From assembly GCA_963818475.1 (NCBI GenBank), contig CAWFSF010000006.1, positions 384,001-448,000 of the forward strand: 64,000 nt of DNA, read 5' to 3'. This document shows positions 40,653 through 50,245 of the stretch, in pieces. Under the pieces are notes generated by a model that saw only the letters and a program-made list of their open reading frames with translations, did no database searches and was not told the DNA's origin. The stretch comes from Nitrospirota bacterium. GTDB lineage: Bacteria; Nitrospirota; UBA9217. A program made the position numbers and the translations under genes. The stretch's first letter is position 1. Every line of letters begins with the position of its first letter.

Positions 40653-41852
40653 ATGACTTTCATTGGCTTCCTCAAGAGACTTTTCCATGCGCCTTGGATC
40701 GTTCTCGCCTTTCTGGTCCTTCCCGGCATACTGATTACCCAGCGCATGCTGCATCTCCCCCTTATCGATCCGCGCTTCGTCATGTACGATGTCATTCTGT
40801 TCGTTGTCTATCTGCTTGCGGTGCTCGGCATGCGGATCAGTCGTCTGCGCCGGCGGATCAGGCTGGGAGACACAAAACCCTTTTTCTTAAAGAGAGTCGA
40901 CACCATGGGCAGCCCTGCAGTGATCCGAAAAGCCCTGGAGGCGGACGGATATTTTTTTACCGATCAAGGTAATTATGCCGAAAAGCGGGACCGGGGGTAT
41001 GGGGGCGGCATTCTGTTCCTTGTCGGTTTCGTCATACTGCTCACGGTGGGGTCCTACGATAACCTGCGGAACCTTTCCGGAACGGTTCTCCTGGCGGTTG
41101 GGCAGCCGATCAAGCTTTTTGACCGGGTGTCGTACACAGAGATCGGCGCTGGACCGTGGGCAGACCTCGAAAAGTTTCCTTATCAGCTCCAGGTCAGCAA
41201 TCAGATCCATCCCACGACGCAGGCTCCGAAAGGCGCGGCGGAGATTAACCTGCTCGGGCGCGACGGGGCGCTGATCCGGCAGGCGGCGATTAATCCTGAA
41301 ACACCACTTTCCATCGACGATTTTCGCATCCACATGGCGGGCTTCGTGTATGATGCGTGGGTAGTCATTGTCACGTCGAAGGACCACACCATATTTACCG
41401 ACTGGGTCAAACTGAAGCTCGATAAAAAAAGAGAGGGCGCCTACCTGTATTCCGGGGCTTTTCGCGATGATTTCGCGAAGGTGGAGGGCCGTGCCCGGTA
41501 CGCCCCTGAAACCGAACGGCTTAAAATCGAGGCTGCGCTGGATGGGAAAAAAATCGTCGATGCGGTCCTCGCCTACCGGCATGAGGAAGGCGGGTATATT
41601 ACGACCATGCCGGGGATCGGCAAGTGGTGTGAATTTCGCGTGGTGCGGAAACGCCACCTTTTTATTCTGGCCGCGGGGGCGATCATGACCGTCCTGGGAG
41701 GCGCGCTGCGTCTGTGGTTCAGGCCGAAGCGGGTCTGGATCGAGGAACGAGCGGGAATCAGCCGAATCGCAACAACAGATACGGACGTGAAAAAACTGTT
41801 TTTCCCTAAAGTGTTCCCTGATCAGGAAAGACGACCTAAAATAGAAAGTTGA
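40653..41852 (+). CDS. ResB-like membrane protein (divergent)
   Basis: YAEK...GGILFLVGFVILL.VG parallels YAVK...ATILFHLSFLLILAGG of the ResB at 55835. C-terminal TM followed by PKRVWI. Confidence 0.65.
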   Translation: MTFIGFLKRLFHAPWIVLAFLVLPGILITQRMLHLPLIDPRFVMYDVILFVVYLLAVLGMRISRLRRRIRLGDTKPFFLKRVDTMGSPAVIRKALEADGYFFTDQGNYAEKRDRGYGGGILFLVGFVILLTVGSYDNLRNLSGTVLLAVGQPIKLFDRVSYTEIGAGPWADLEKFPYQLQVSNQIHPTTQAPKGAAEINLLGRDGALIRQAAINPETPLSIDDFRIHMAGFVYDAWVVIVTSKDHTIFTDWVKLKLDKKREGAYLYSGAFRDDFAKVEGRARYAPETERLKIEAALDGKKIVDAVLAYRHEEGGYITTMPGIGKWCEFRVVRKRHLFILAAGAIMTVLGGALRLWFRPKRVWIEERAGISRIATTDTDVKKLFFPKVFPDQERRPKIES

Positions 41853-41946
41853 TGCCTTTGATAAAAAAGTCGTCATTCCCGCTTGTTTCCCAGACTGCCC
41901 CGGCATGGGTCCTTTGGCGATTTTCGACTTTTTACGAAACAATAAA
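41849..41946. mobile_element. Degenerate MITE-like element
   Basis: ttgatgcctttgataaaaaagtc and gactttttacgaaacaataaa form imperfect terminal repeats. gtcattcccgc lies inside, and the right end resembles 60-80. Confidence 0.45.
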
Positions 41947-41980
41947 ATTTAACATTACCTGACTTGCACGAGGCTTATTT

Positions 41981-42508
41981 ATGATACCGAAACGACACTG
42001 GATACTTCTCCTGACTGCGGGAGCACTGCTTTTTGTCCTGCCGGGATGCAAGAACAAGGGCAAAAATGATCCTGCGGTCATTTTGCAGGAAGGCAACACG
42101 TCTTTTGCGCAAGGGCAATATAAAGAAGCCGCGGAAATTTACACCCGCGCGCTTTCCCTTAAACCCGACTACATCGAGGCATTCGTAAACCGCGGCTTTG
42201 CCAATGAGAAGATGGGCAAGCTGGATGAAGCCCTCCGGGATTATTCCGCGATAATCGCGATCCGGCCTGATTATCATTACGCGTACTTTATCCGCGGCAA
42301 TGTATTTCATCACCGGCATGAATCGAAAGAGGCGATCGCCGATTACACGAAGGCCGTCGAGTTAAAACCCGGTTACCTCGAGTGTTACTATAACCGTGCC
42401 CTTGAGTATCGGGCCATGGGAAAAATGAAGCAGGCGCGCCTTGATTATAAGAAGGCGTGCGACCTCGGGTTCAAGCAGGCCTGCGAGGACTATCGCAAGC
42501 TCCGATAA
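41981..42508 (+). CDS. TPR lipoprotein
   Basis: Lipobox LPGC, about 4 TPRs and a C-terminal KACDLG...AC motif. Confidence 0.85.
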   Translation: MIPKRHWILLLTAGALLFVLPGCKNKGKNDPAVILQEGNTSFAQGQYKEAAEIYTRALSLKPDYIEAFVNRGFANEKMGKLDEALRDYSAIIAIRPDYHYAYFIRGNVFHHRHESKEAIADYTKAVELKPGYLECYYNRALEYRAMGKMKQARLDYKKACDLGFKQACEDYRKLR

Positions 42509-42711
42509 ACCCGCGCATGAATTCGACCGTGCGCGTACCGGCATGCATTTCGGCGCTGTAATACCGGAGTGCGGACAGCTTCTTTTCATCGGCACAGGAG
42601 AGGTGGTCCGCCCGGATGCCTCTGTCCCGACGGCCCCGAAGCGGGCAATGGACGATGCTTCAGCGAACCAGGTAGATACAATTAGAAGACTATTAATAAG
42701 TAATTCTTAAC

Positions 42712-43920
42712 GTGTCTGAGGCGAAGTCCATGCGCGAACAATTGAAAAACGGCTTTCTCCTTGTATGTTCCGTTGTTCTCGTGCTCCTGATGCTGGAACT
42801 GGCGCTCGCGCTTTTTTGGCCCCATAAAGTCACGTTTCATCCTTATCAGGCGGAACACTGCCAATACGACGAATTCCTGGGATGGGTAAACAAGCCGGAC
42901 CTCGACGGTTTTGTGAAGGTCAGTGACCGGATCGCTTTTCACCGACGACATAACAGCAAAGGCATGCGGAGTCTCAGAGAGACGGGCTATGAGAAGCTGG
43001 CGGGAGTCAAGCGGGTCCTGGTCCTGGGCGATTCGTTCACCTGGGGGTTCGGGGTTGACGATCAACAGGTCCTGACGCACCTTCTCCAGCAAAAGACCGG
43101 AAGCGGGATCGAGATCCTGAACGGGTCGGTCGTCGGCTACGGTACGGACCAGGAATTCTTGTGGCTCGAGCGGGAGGGGTTGCGCTACTTGCCGGATCTG
43201 GTGGTCCTCGCTTTTTATGTCGGCAACGATTATGAAGAGGTATCCCAGTCTCTCTCCTACGGCTATCCCAAGCCGTATTTCGATATTGACGAGCAGGGAC
43301 TGCTTCTCGGCAATGTGCCGGTGCCGGACACCCGGGAAACCCGCCGGAAAGGGTTTGATAAACCTTCATCGATGTTCGGCAGATTCAAGAAATTCCTGCG
43401 TTACAACACGCATACCTATCCGTTTCTTGCCGGTCGCCTCAATTCTATTCCCCGGCTCCGGCATTTTATTCTGAAGACCGGGATCGGCGAGGAGTTCTCG
43501 CGAAATCTGCCGGGCGTTCCCTATCGCCGTGTCGCACCCGAGAAGGTGAAGCCCATTGTCGAAGCCTTGATCCGGTCGATCCGTGACATTGCGGCCAGCC
43601 GGGGAGCGCAGCTCCTCCTGATGCCGATACCGGCGATCGAGGAAAACCCTAATAAGGCGATCGGCTACCGCGGCCAAGTTGACTGGAATGAGGCGTTTGC
43701 GGATAATGAAAAGGAGAATAACTATCTGAAGTCCTTTGCCAGGGCGAACGGGATTCAATTTCTCGACCTGCTGCAGATAATCAGGGCTCAGCACCGAAAG
43801 GGTTTAGCGCTTTATAATATCAACCCGGACGACCATCACTGGAACTCGGAAGGCCATCGGGTTGCCGCAGAGGCTCTGTATGATTGGATCAAAGCATATG
43901 ACTGGAACCGGAAGAAATAA
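42712..43920 (+). CDS. SGNH/GDSL-family membrane-anchored esterase/acyltransferase
   Basis: VLGDSFTWG, GYGTDQ, GND and DHHWN..GH motifs. Confidence 0.85.
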   Translation: MSEAKSMREQLKNGFLLVCSVVLVLLMLELALALFWPHKVTFHPYQAEHCQYDEFLGWVNKPDLDGFVKVSDRIAFHRRHNSKGMRSLRETGYEKLAGVKRVLVLGDSFTWGFGVDDQQVLTHLLQQKTGSGIEILNGSVVGYGTDQEFLWLEREGLRYLPDLVVLAFYVGNDYEEVSQSLSYGYPKPYFDIDEQGLLLGNVPVPDTRETRRKGFDKPSSMFGRFKKFLRYNTHTYPFLAGRLNSIPRLRHFILKTGIGEEFSRNLPGVPYRRVAPEKVKPIVEALIRSIRDIAASRGAQLLLMPIPAIEENPNKAIGYRGQVDWNEAFADNEKENNYLKSFARANGIQFLDLLQIIRAQHRKGLALYNINPDDHHWNSEGHRVAAEALYDWIKAYDWNRKK

Positions 43921-44158
43921 CTGCACCGGCGCGCTAACGGACAGAAAAACGCTTGCGAGACGGCTTTTGCATTGGTGGCGCATTTTTGCCGCGGCGCTGG
44001 GGAGAGTGAATACAATGCTGCTTCTCGGTGTTCTGTTTCTTCTTGTGGTCACGCCGATCGGTCTTTTAGGCCGGCTGTTCCGAAAAGAAAAAATTCTGCG
44101 CGGTAATTCCGCCTGGACCTCACGCAGTGACGATGGCACCTATGAAAGGCAGTTTTGA
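43898..44158 (+). CDS. SxtJ-family small membrane protein
   Basis: W..FA.ALG.VNT.LLL..LF.LV.TPIGL..RLF and a terminal RQF; adjacent to the carbamoyltransferase. Confidence 0.75.
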   Translation: MTGTGRNNCTGALTDRKTLARRLLHWWRIFAAALGRVNTMLLLGVLFLLVVTPIGLLGRLFRKEKILRGNSAWTSRSDDGTYERQF

Positions 44159-45847
44159 ATGCATATCCTGGGTCTGTCCTGTTTCTATCACGACGCGGCA
44201 GCATGCCTTATCCATGATGGGAAACTGGTTGCCGCTGCCCAGGAGGAGCGCTTTTCCCGGGTCAAGCATGACTGGCGGTTTCCGGAAAAAGCCATTCAAT
44301 ACTGTCTTAGCGAAGCGGGGATATCGGTCGACGATGTCTCCCTCGTGGCATTTTATGAAAAGCCGATTTTAAAGTTCGAGAGGGTCCTCGAGACCTTTCT
44401 TGCTGTCGCGCCGCGCGGGATCCTGGCCTTCATGGAAACCATCCCCTCCTGGTTGAACCAGAAGCTCCGGGTCCCCGATATTATCCGCAAGAATCTGGGC
44501 TACCGGGGTCCTCTTATCTTCGTTGAACACCACATGGCACACGCTGCGAGCAGTTTTTTTTTCTCTCCCTTTGACGAAGCCGCTGTCCTGGTCCTGGACG
44601 GCGTAGGTGAGTGGGCTACTGCCTCCTATGGAACGGGGAATGGCAACCGATTGTCGCTTTCTCATGAAGTTACTTTTCCTCATTCTCTCGGCCTTTTATA
44701 CAGCGCGTTTACCGCATATCTCGGTTTTGAAGTTAACGATGCCGAATACAAGGTAATGGGCATGGCCTCCTATGGATCGCCCGTTTTCCGGGAAACGATC
44801 ACGCAAAATCTGGCGCATATCAACCCGGACGGCAGCCTGACGTTAAATATGAAGTATTTCTCCTTTCAGCACGGGAAAAAGATGTTTAACGGCCACTTCG
44901 AGCGTCTGTTCGGAAGTCCCGGCCGGACGCCTGAATCGGAACTTTTGCAAAAGCATTTCGACATCGCCGCCAGTATTCAGGCCGTAACCGAAGATGTCGT
45001 GCTTTCCATGGCCCGTTATGTGCATCAGCAGACCGGTATGCGGTGTTTATGCCTGGCTGGCGGGGTGGCCTTGAACAGCGTGAGCAACGGCAAGCTGCTG
45101 CGGGAAGGGCCTTTTGACGAGCTGTTCATTCAGCCGGCTGCGGGAGATGCGGGGGCCGCCCTGGGAGCGGCCTATGCGGGGCATCACCTGTACTTAAAAA
45201 AAGAAGAGCGGCACCGGCTTGGCAATGTGTACCTCGGTCCCTTTTATCAAGACGCAGATCCCTCATCGCTAGCCGGGCCTGGTGTGCTTACGCGTATATT
45301 GGACGATCCTCTTCTGGTTGAGGAAGTCGCCCGGCTCCTTTCAGAGGGGAAGGTCATCGGGTGGCACCAGGGGAGGATGGAGTTCGGCCCTCGCGCTCTG
45401 GGGAACAGGAGTATCCTGGCTGACCCGCGTAAATCCGGCATGAAGGACACCGTGAACAGGATGGTCAAGTTCCGTGAAGCCTTCAGGCCTTTTGCGCCGG
45501 TTGTTACGGTGGAAGACGCAGAACGTTTTTTCTCTATTCGTGGAGAGAGTCCCTTCATGCTCTTGACCTTTCCGGTCAAAACCGATAAACTTCCGGCAGT
45601 GACGCACGTTGACGGCTCCGCGCGGGTCCAGACCGTGTCAAAGGAGCAGAACGAAAAACTCTATGCCCTGCTTCGCGCTTTTGAGCGGCTTACCGGCGTG
45701 CCGGTGCTGCTCAATACCTCGCTGAATCTGCGGGGCGAACCGATCGCCTGCTCTCCCGAGGATGCATATCACTGTTTTGTCCGGAGCGGCATGGACGGCC
45801 TGGTTGTCGGACAGGCCTTGTTCATGAAGGAAGCGGCATCCCCGTAA
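44159..45847 (+). CDS. O-carbamoyltransferase (NodU/CmcH family)
   Basis: YHDAAA, AAQEERFSR.KH, EHH.AHA.S, GGVALN, GRMEFGPRALGNRSIL, HVDGSAR.QTV and NTS.N..GEPI motifs. Confidence 0.95.
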   Translation: MHILGLSCFYHDAAACLIHDGKLVAAAQEERFSRVKHDWRFPEKAIQYCLSEAGISVDDVSLVAFYEKPILKFERVLETFLAVAPRGILAFMETIPSWLNQKLRVPDIIRKNLGYRGPLIFVEHHMAHAASSFFFSPFDEAAVLVLDGVGEWATASYGTGNGNRLSLSHEVTFPHSLGLLYSAFTAYLGFEVNDAEYKVMGMASYGSPVFRETITQNLAHINPDGSLTLNMKYFSFQHGKKMFNGHFERLFGSPGRTPESELLQKHFDIAASIQAVTEDVVLSMARYVHQQTGMRCLCLAGGVALNSVSNGKLLREGPFDELFIQPAAGDAGAALGAAYAGHHLYLKKEERHRLGNVYLGPFYQDADPSSLAGPGVLTRILDDPLLVEEVARLLSEGKVIGWHQGRMEFGPRALGNRSILADPRKSGMKDTVNRMVKFREAFRPFAPVVTVEDAERFFSIRGESPFMLLTFPVKTDKLPAVTHVDGSARVQTVSKEQNEKLYALLRAFERLTGVPVLLNTSLNLRGEPIACSPEDAYHCFVRSGMDGLVVGQALFMKEAASP

Positions 45848-45904
45848 CGGTATCCGCGGACTGCGCAGAGGAAGACATTCACAGATGCATAAATGAGGTG
45901 GCTT

Positions 45905-46063
45905 ATGGGACACATCACACTTCTCAAGGAATTATGGGCATTTCTCCGGGTCAGGAAAAAATACTGGCTCCTCCCTATTATTTTCATGCTGCTGCTGCTG
46001 GGCGCTTTGATCGTATTCACGGAAGGCAGCGCCCTTTCGCCATTCATCTATATTCTTTTCTAA
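45905..46063 (+). CDS. DUF5989/SxtK-family small membrane protein (52 aa, not in the ORF track)
   Basis: Hand translation: MGHITLLKELWAFLRVRKKYWLLPIIFMLLLLGALIVFTEGSALSPFIYILF. RBS gaggtg. Confidence 0.85.
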   Translation: MGHITLLKELWAFLRVRKKYWLLPIIFMLLLLGALIVFTEGSALSPFIYILF

Positions 46064-46140
46064 TATAAGTTCGACCCGCCTCATTCAAGCCTCGCCTGTT
46101 GGACTGCAAACTTTAACACAGTTGGGATTCCAACATTATT

Positions 46141-46241
46141 TGAGCGAAAAAGCTCATCTGATCCCGTTCTTTGTTGCACAAAGCCGCTAAGTATTTGATT
46201 TTTAGCTTTATTTAATAAAAGACTATGGCAACTGTATTGCA
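46141..46241 (+). promoter_or_regulatory. Sigma-54 promoter with upstream palindrome and IHF site
   Basis: TGGCAA-CTGTA-TTGCA at 46226-46241; TGAGCGAAAAAGCTCA at 46141-46156; IHF match (reverse complement AATCAAATACTTA) at 46188-46200. Confidence 0.72.
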
Positions 46242-46503
46242 TGTTTTTTAAATGTTGTAGTTTTCAATTTATCCTGTCCTGCAAGCACTACCATCTTAAC
46301 TCAGTACGAATATCAAGAATTTTACAGCAGTCGGCCGAGGCATAAGCAGCACTCGATAACATGATATTCGATCAGCATATTTTTAAAAGGATACCGCGGC
46401 TATGACCGGCAATTCCGGATTTAGAAGTGCCGAAGAATGCGATGCTCTGATTGACCTGAAACGGCATTTAATCCATTAAACTCGAGCTGATCAGGGAGAA
46501 TGT

Positions 46504-48915
46504 ATGAATGGTCTGTCGCAGGATAGGTTTGCTACCCGGCGTTTAGGCCTTGTCATTTTCATCATAGCCGCGCTGATCTATCTGAATTCCCTGTCGAATG
46601 GCTTCGTCTGGGATGATACTCCTATCATCTCTCAAAACCGCCTGCTGACCGGTCTGGAAAATCTGCCCCGCCTGATCGCCTCCCCGGACAGTGCTCCCGG
46701 CATCGGCACAACTTACTATCGGCCCGTCACGTATCTCTCTTTTTTTGTGAACCGGATGACCGGTGGGGAAAATCCTTTCGGCTTTCATCTGGTAAATATT
46801 CTGCTGCATGCCGCGGTATCCCTGGCGCTGTTCGCTCTCATCACCCTGCTGTTCGGTGACCGTCTCCTTGCGTTCCTGGCGGCAATCCTTTTTGCAGCAC
46901 ATCCGATCAATTCGGAAACGGTCAATTTTCTCTCCGGCGGCAGGAACACCCTGCTCTCGGCGCTGTTTGCGCTACTCACGTTCATCGACTACGTCAAAGG
47001 ACGCAGCCGCAGATCGCTGCTTTGGTTCAGCCTGTCGGTCTTCTCAAAGGAATTCGGACTGGTTTTGCCATTGATGCTGTATGCCCATGACCGGTTGGTC
47101 AGCAGGGAGCGGAAACCTTTCGGCGCCTACGCGCCTTATATCGCGGTTGTTGTTCTGTACCTCGCGGCCCGGACGGTTGTTCTGAAGGGCGCCGGGACCC
47201 TTGACCTCGAGATCCTCGGCGACCGGCTGTTGTTCGTTCCCCGTCAGTTTGCCGACTACCTGCGGGTGCTCCTGTTCTCGGTCGTGCCGCAATTGCCGGG
47301 CAGAACGGAGCTTCCCCTGGCCCTTGATGGGGGCGCCGGTATCGCGGCCCTGATTCTTATTGGCGCCGGAGTTTTTTTCTACCGGTTCCGGTCATTCCCG
47401 GTAGTGCGCTTTGCGGGGTTCTGGCTGCTGCTTTTTTTCCTCCCGGTCAGCAACATTCTTCCCATCGGCTATACTCTTATGGCTGACAGATACGCCTATT
47501 TCATGTCCATGGCCGTGAGCCTGCTCATTGCTTTTGCGCTTCTTTCGGTTTTCCGGAACAGGCAAAAGGCCATTGCGGTCGCTGCACTGATGTGCATAGT
47601 GTTCAGCGTCATGGTCGTGCGTCGCAATATGGTATGGCGCAGCGACGAAACGCTCTATCGGCAAATGATCGTTGATTCACCCGATTCAAGCATCGGCTAC
47701 TATAATCTCGGTCTGCTTCTCTATGAAAAAGGAGAAACGGAACAGGCACTGAATCATCTGCAAAAAGCCGCCTCCACGGTCCCCTATTCCAGTGACGCTC
47801 CCTACCTGCTCGGGTTCGCGTCGGCTGAACTGGGCATGATCGACAATGCGCTGTCTTCATTCCATAAGACCATAGCCCGGGACCCGGAGCATTTTATGGC
47901 ATACCTTCTGCTCAGCCGCCTTTATGAAAGCCGGGGAGACCACGTTTTGGCCGAATCATACCGCTCCAAAGCGCTGGAGCTGTTGCCGAACCTGGAAAGA
48001 ATTATTTCCCCGCGTGCCGAAAGGATAGCAGGCGATGCATGGAGAATGCAGGCCCGTGGAGCGATGGCAAATGCAAAGTCTCTTTTTCAGAGGGCGCTGC
48101 TGTTCGATCCCCTGTTCCCCGAAGCACTCGTAGGATTGACCGCGATTCAGCCGGGAAAGGGCGATTCAGACCCCGGTCCGTTCTTTGAACAGTCCGATAA
48201 CTGCTCTAAGTGCCACTCAATGAGGGAGGCCTATGACAGCTGGAAAGCGTCACCGCATTCAAGGGCCGGATGCCTCGAATGCCACGAGTACGATGCAAAG
48301 CGTATGGCGGGCAATCAGCTTAATCATCTCGAAGGAAATCACGGTGCGAAACACAGAACTATTGTCAATAGAGCGTCTTGCCTTGCCAAGGGATGCCACG
48401 AACAGAGATTGACCGACCCGATCGTTCGTTATTCACGCAGGGATATATTCTTTGATCATACTCATGCAACAGGGATGCGGCGGGGGATCATCTCACTGCG
48501 TTGCCGGAGTTGCCATGCTGAAGTCGGGCATGGAAAAGAAAAAAACGTGGCTAAGGAAGTGTGTTTTCTCTGCCATTTCAAAAATACGGGTAAACCGCAA
48601 CAGGCCTTTACCGGCTGTCCCTCCTGTCATCCGGCCCCGAAGGGGAATATTGTCTTCAAAGGAATGGTTTTTTCGCACGAGAAAAAGCTGCGGCAAGGCT
48701 ATACGTGCCAGGACTGCCATAGGAAAGTTGTGAAGGGGAACGGTAATGTCCCGAGAGAGCGCTGCAGCCATTGCCACCCCGACAGGTCCGCGAAATACGG
48801 TGATAAGGCGTTGATCCACAAAAAACATGTGGAGGGGATGCAGATCTACTGCTTTGAATGCCACGAAAAGATCGAGCACGGGAAGATCGAAGTCTCGGAT
48901 CGAAGCCGCAAATAG
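46504..48915 (+). CDS. Fusion protein: TMTC-like GT-C glycosyltransferase, TPRs and a nonaheme cytochrome c
   Basis: FVWDD, YYRP, FH..N..LH, HPI..E.V, SKE and ADRY.Y motifs, then TPRs, then 8 CXXCH plus 1 CX4CH from 48202. Confidence 0.85.
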   Translation: MNGLSQDRFATRRLGLVIFIIAALIYLNSLSNGFVWDDTPIISQNRLLTGLENLPRLIASPDSAPGIGTTYYRPVTYLSFFVNRMTGGENPFGFHLVNILLHAAVSLALFALITLLFGDRLLAFLAAILFAAHPINSETVNFLSGGRNTLLSALFALLTFIDYVKGRSRRSLLWFSLSVFSKEFGLVLPLMLYAHDRLVSRERKPFGAYAPYIAVVVLYLAARTVVLKGAGTLDLEILGDRLLFVPRQFADYLRVLLFSVVPQLPGRTELPLALDGGAGIAALILIGAGVFFYRFRSFPVVRFAGFWLLLFFLPVSNILPIGYTLMADRYAYFMSMAVSLLIAFALLSVFRNRQKAIAVAALMCIVFSVMVVRRNMVWRSDETLYRQMIVDSPDSSIGYYNLGLLLYEKGETEQALNHLQKAASTVPYSSDAPYLLGFASAELGMIDNALSSFHKTIARDPEHFMAYLLLSRLYESRGDHVLAESYRSKALELLPNLERIISPRAERIAGDAWRMQARGAMANAKSLFQRALLFDPLFPEALVGLTAIQPGKGDSDPGPFFEQSDNCSKCHSMREAYDSWKASPHSRAGCLECHEYDAKRMAGNQLNHLEGNHGAKHRTIVNRASCLAKGCHEQRLTDPIVRYSRRDIFFDHTHATGMRRGIISLRCRSCHAEVGHGKEKNVAKEVCFLCHFKNTGKPQQAFTGCPSCHPAPKGNIVFKGMVFSHEKKLRQGYTCQDCHRKVVKGNGNVPRERCSHCHPDRSAKYGDKALIHKKHVEGMQIYCFECHEKIEHGKIEVSDRSRK

Positions 48916-48967
48916 GCGAATAGAATATGTTCCCGAGGCAACCCAATGATCATGCGCACTCGCGCAG

Positions 48968-50137
48968 CTATTTTGCCAGGTTGTCATCCCTCAGTTTCCC
49001 GGAGATGGCCCTGGCCGCGTAGCGGTGTCCCTCGGCGTTGAAATGATCGTCCATGGGGTGGTACAGGGGCACGCCTTTTCGGGCTGCGGACCTGATCGCC
49101 GGGAGGAGGTCGAGGTAGCTGACTCCGTTCACGTCCGAAAACATTCGCAGGTGATACGCCATTACGTCGTTTTCCTCCCCTTCGATAATAATCCGCTTAT
49201 AGCCGAGGCGGGCGTCGGGTAATTCCTCCTTGCCGGGGATATGCACGAGCAGGAACCCTGCCCCGTTCAGCCGCGCGACAGCGCGCATTTCCCGTATAAG
49301 GGCAAAGGTCAGATCCATTTTGTCTTCGATACTGGGAAGTTCGTAGTAGGATAGGCCGGCATATTTTTTTGTATATTCTTCTCCAAGCCCTGTCGCAAGG
49401 AACAGGCTCCTGAGGAAGGGAACCGAATTTAAGCGGCCCACCAGAAAATTGTACGAGTGGATATTACGGCGAAGGAATTTTTTCAATTTGCCGAAGGCCG
49501 TCGGGGGGTTGTCGAACATCTTCCTCTCTATCTCGGTGGTGTGGGGCACCGGTGTGAACATGAGCCTGAGCGGGGAGCCGAGGCCGAACATGGGCTTGGG
49601 ATACCCATAGCTGATATTCGCGCCATTTTCGCCCACGTCGTTTCCGTAAAAAGCGTAGATGACGACGTCCGGTTGATATTTCAGCCCTTCTTCAAGCAGG
49701 AAGAGGAGGGATTGGTCGGTGCCGTATCCGGAACACCCCATGTTAATGACCTCCGTACCGGTGAGTTCCCGGTTGAGCACCTCTGAAAAAGTTTCGTTAT
49801 CATCGACCGCGGAACCCCAGGCAAAGGAATCCCCTATGACCGCGATCCGCCTCACACCAGGTGGTTTTTCGTAATCCGCTTCGTGCGCCCTCAGCCCCTT
49901 GCTGTTGATGGTCACGTAGGTCGAAAAGTCGGTTGAAGAGAAAACTCCTTCCGTCAGCGGCTTGTTTCTCCAGCCCAGCACGCGGTCGTATTGGCAGAAA
50001 TACCGTTGGATGAAGAATGGCCTGGCAATGAATTTGGAGGGATGGAAGAGGACGAGAGTAATTTCCAGGAAAATAAGGAAAAAGAGGACGCTTCCAAGGA
50101 GCAACAAGGCATTTATGGTCCGTTGCTTAAGTCTCAC
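48968..50137 (-). CDS. SGNH/GDSL-family protein (paralog of 42712)
   Basis: IGDSFAWG, GYGTDQ, GND and DDHFN..GH motifs. Confidence 0.85.
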   Translation of the reverse strand: MRLKQRTINALLLLGSVLFFLIFLEITLVLFHPSKFIARPFFIQRYFCQYDRVLGWRNKPLTEGVFSSTDFSTYVTINSKGLRAHEADYEKPPGVRRIAVIGDSFAWGSAVDDNETFSEVLNRELTGTEVINMGCSGYGTDQSLLFLLEEGLKYQPDVVIYAFYGNDVGENGANISYGYPKPMFGLGSPLRLMFTPVPHTTEIERKMFDNPPTAFGKLKKFLRRNIHSYNFLVGRLNSVPFLRSLFLATGLGEEYTKKYAGLSYYELPSIEDKMDLTFALIREMRAVARLNGAGFLLVHIPGKEELPDARLGYKRIIIEGEENDVMAYHLRMFSDVNGVSYLDLLPAIRSAARKGVPLYHPMDDHFNAEGHRYAARAISGKLRDDNLAK

Positions 50138-50245
50138 GACTTATACTATATACAAATTATCAGGTTTCGTCCAATGATTTTTCCCACACGTTTTTTATTT
50201 GACAATAGCAGGCGATTCCTTTAATTTGTAGCATTGCTCTTCTCT

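Noticed and set aside
43898-46063. Saxitoxin biosynthesis (sxtI/J/K-like)
   Set aside because: No sxtA/sxtG-type core genes are present, and this trio occurs in non-toxin contexts.
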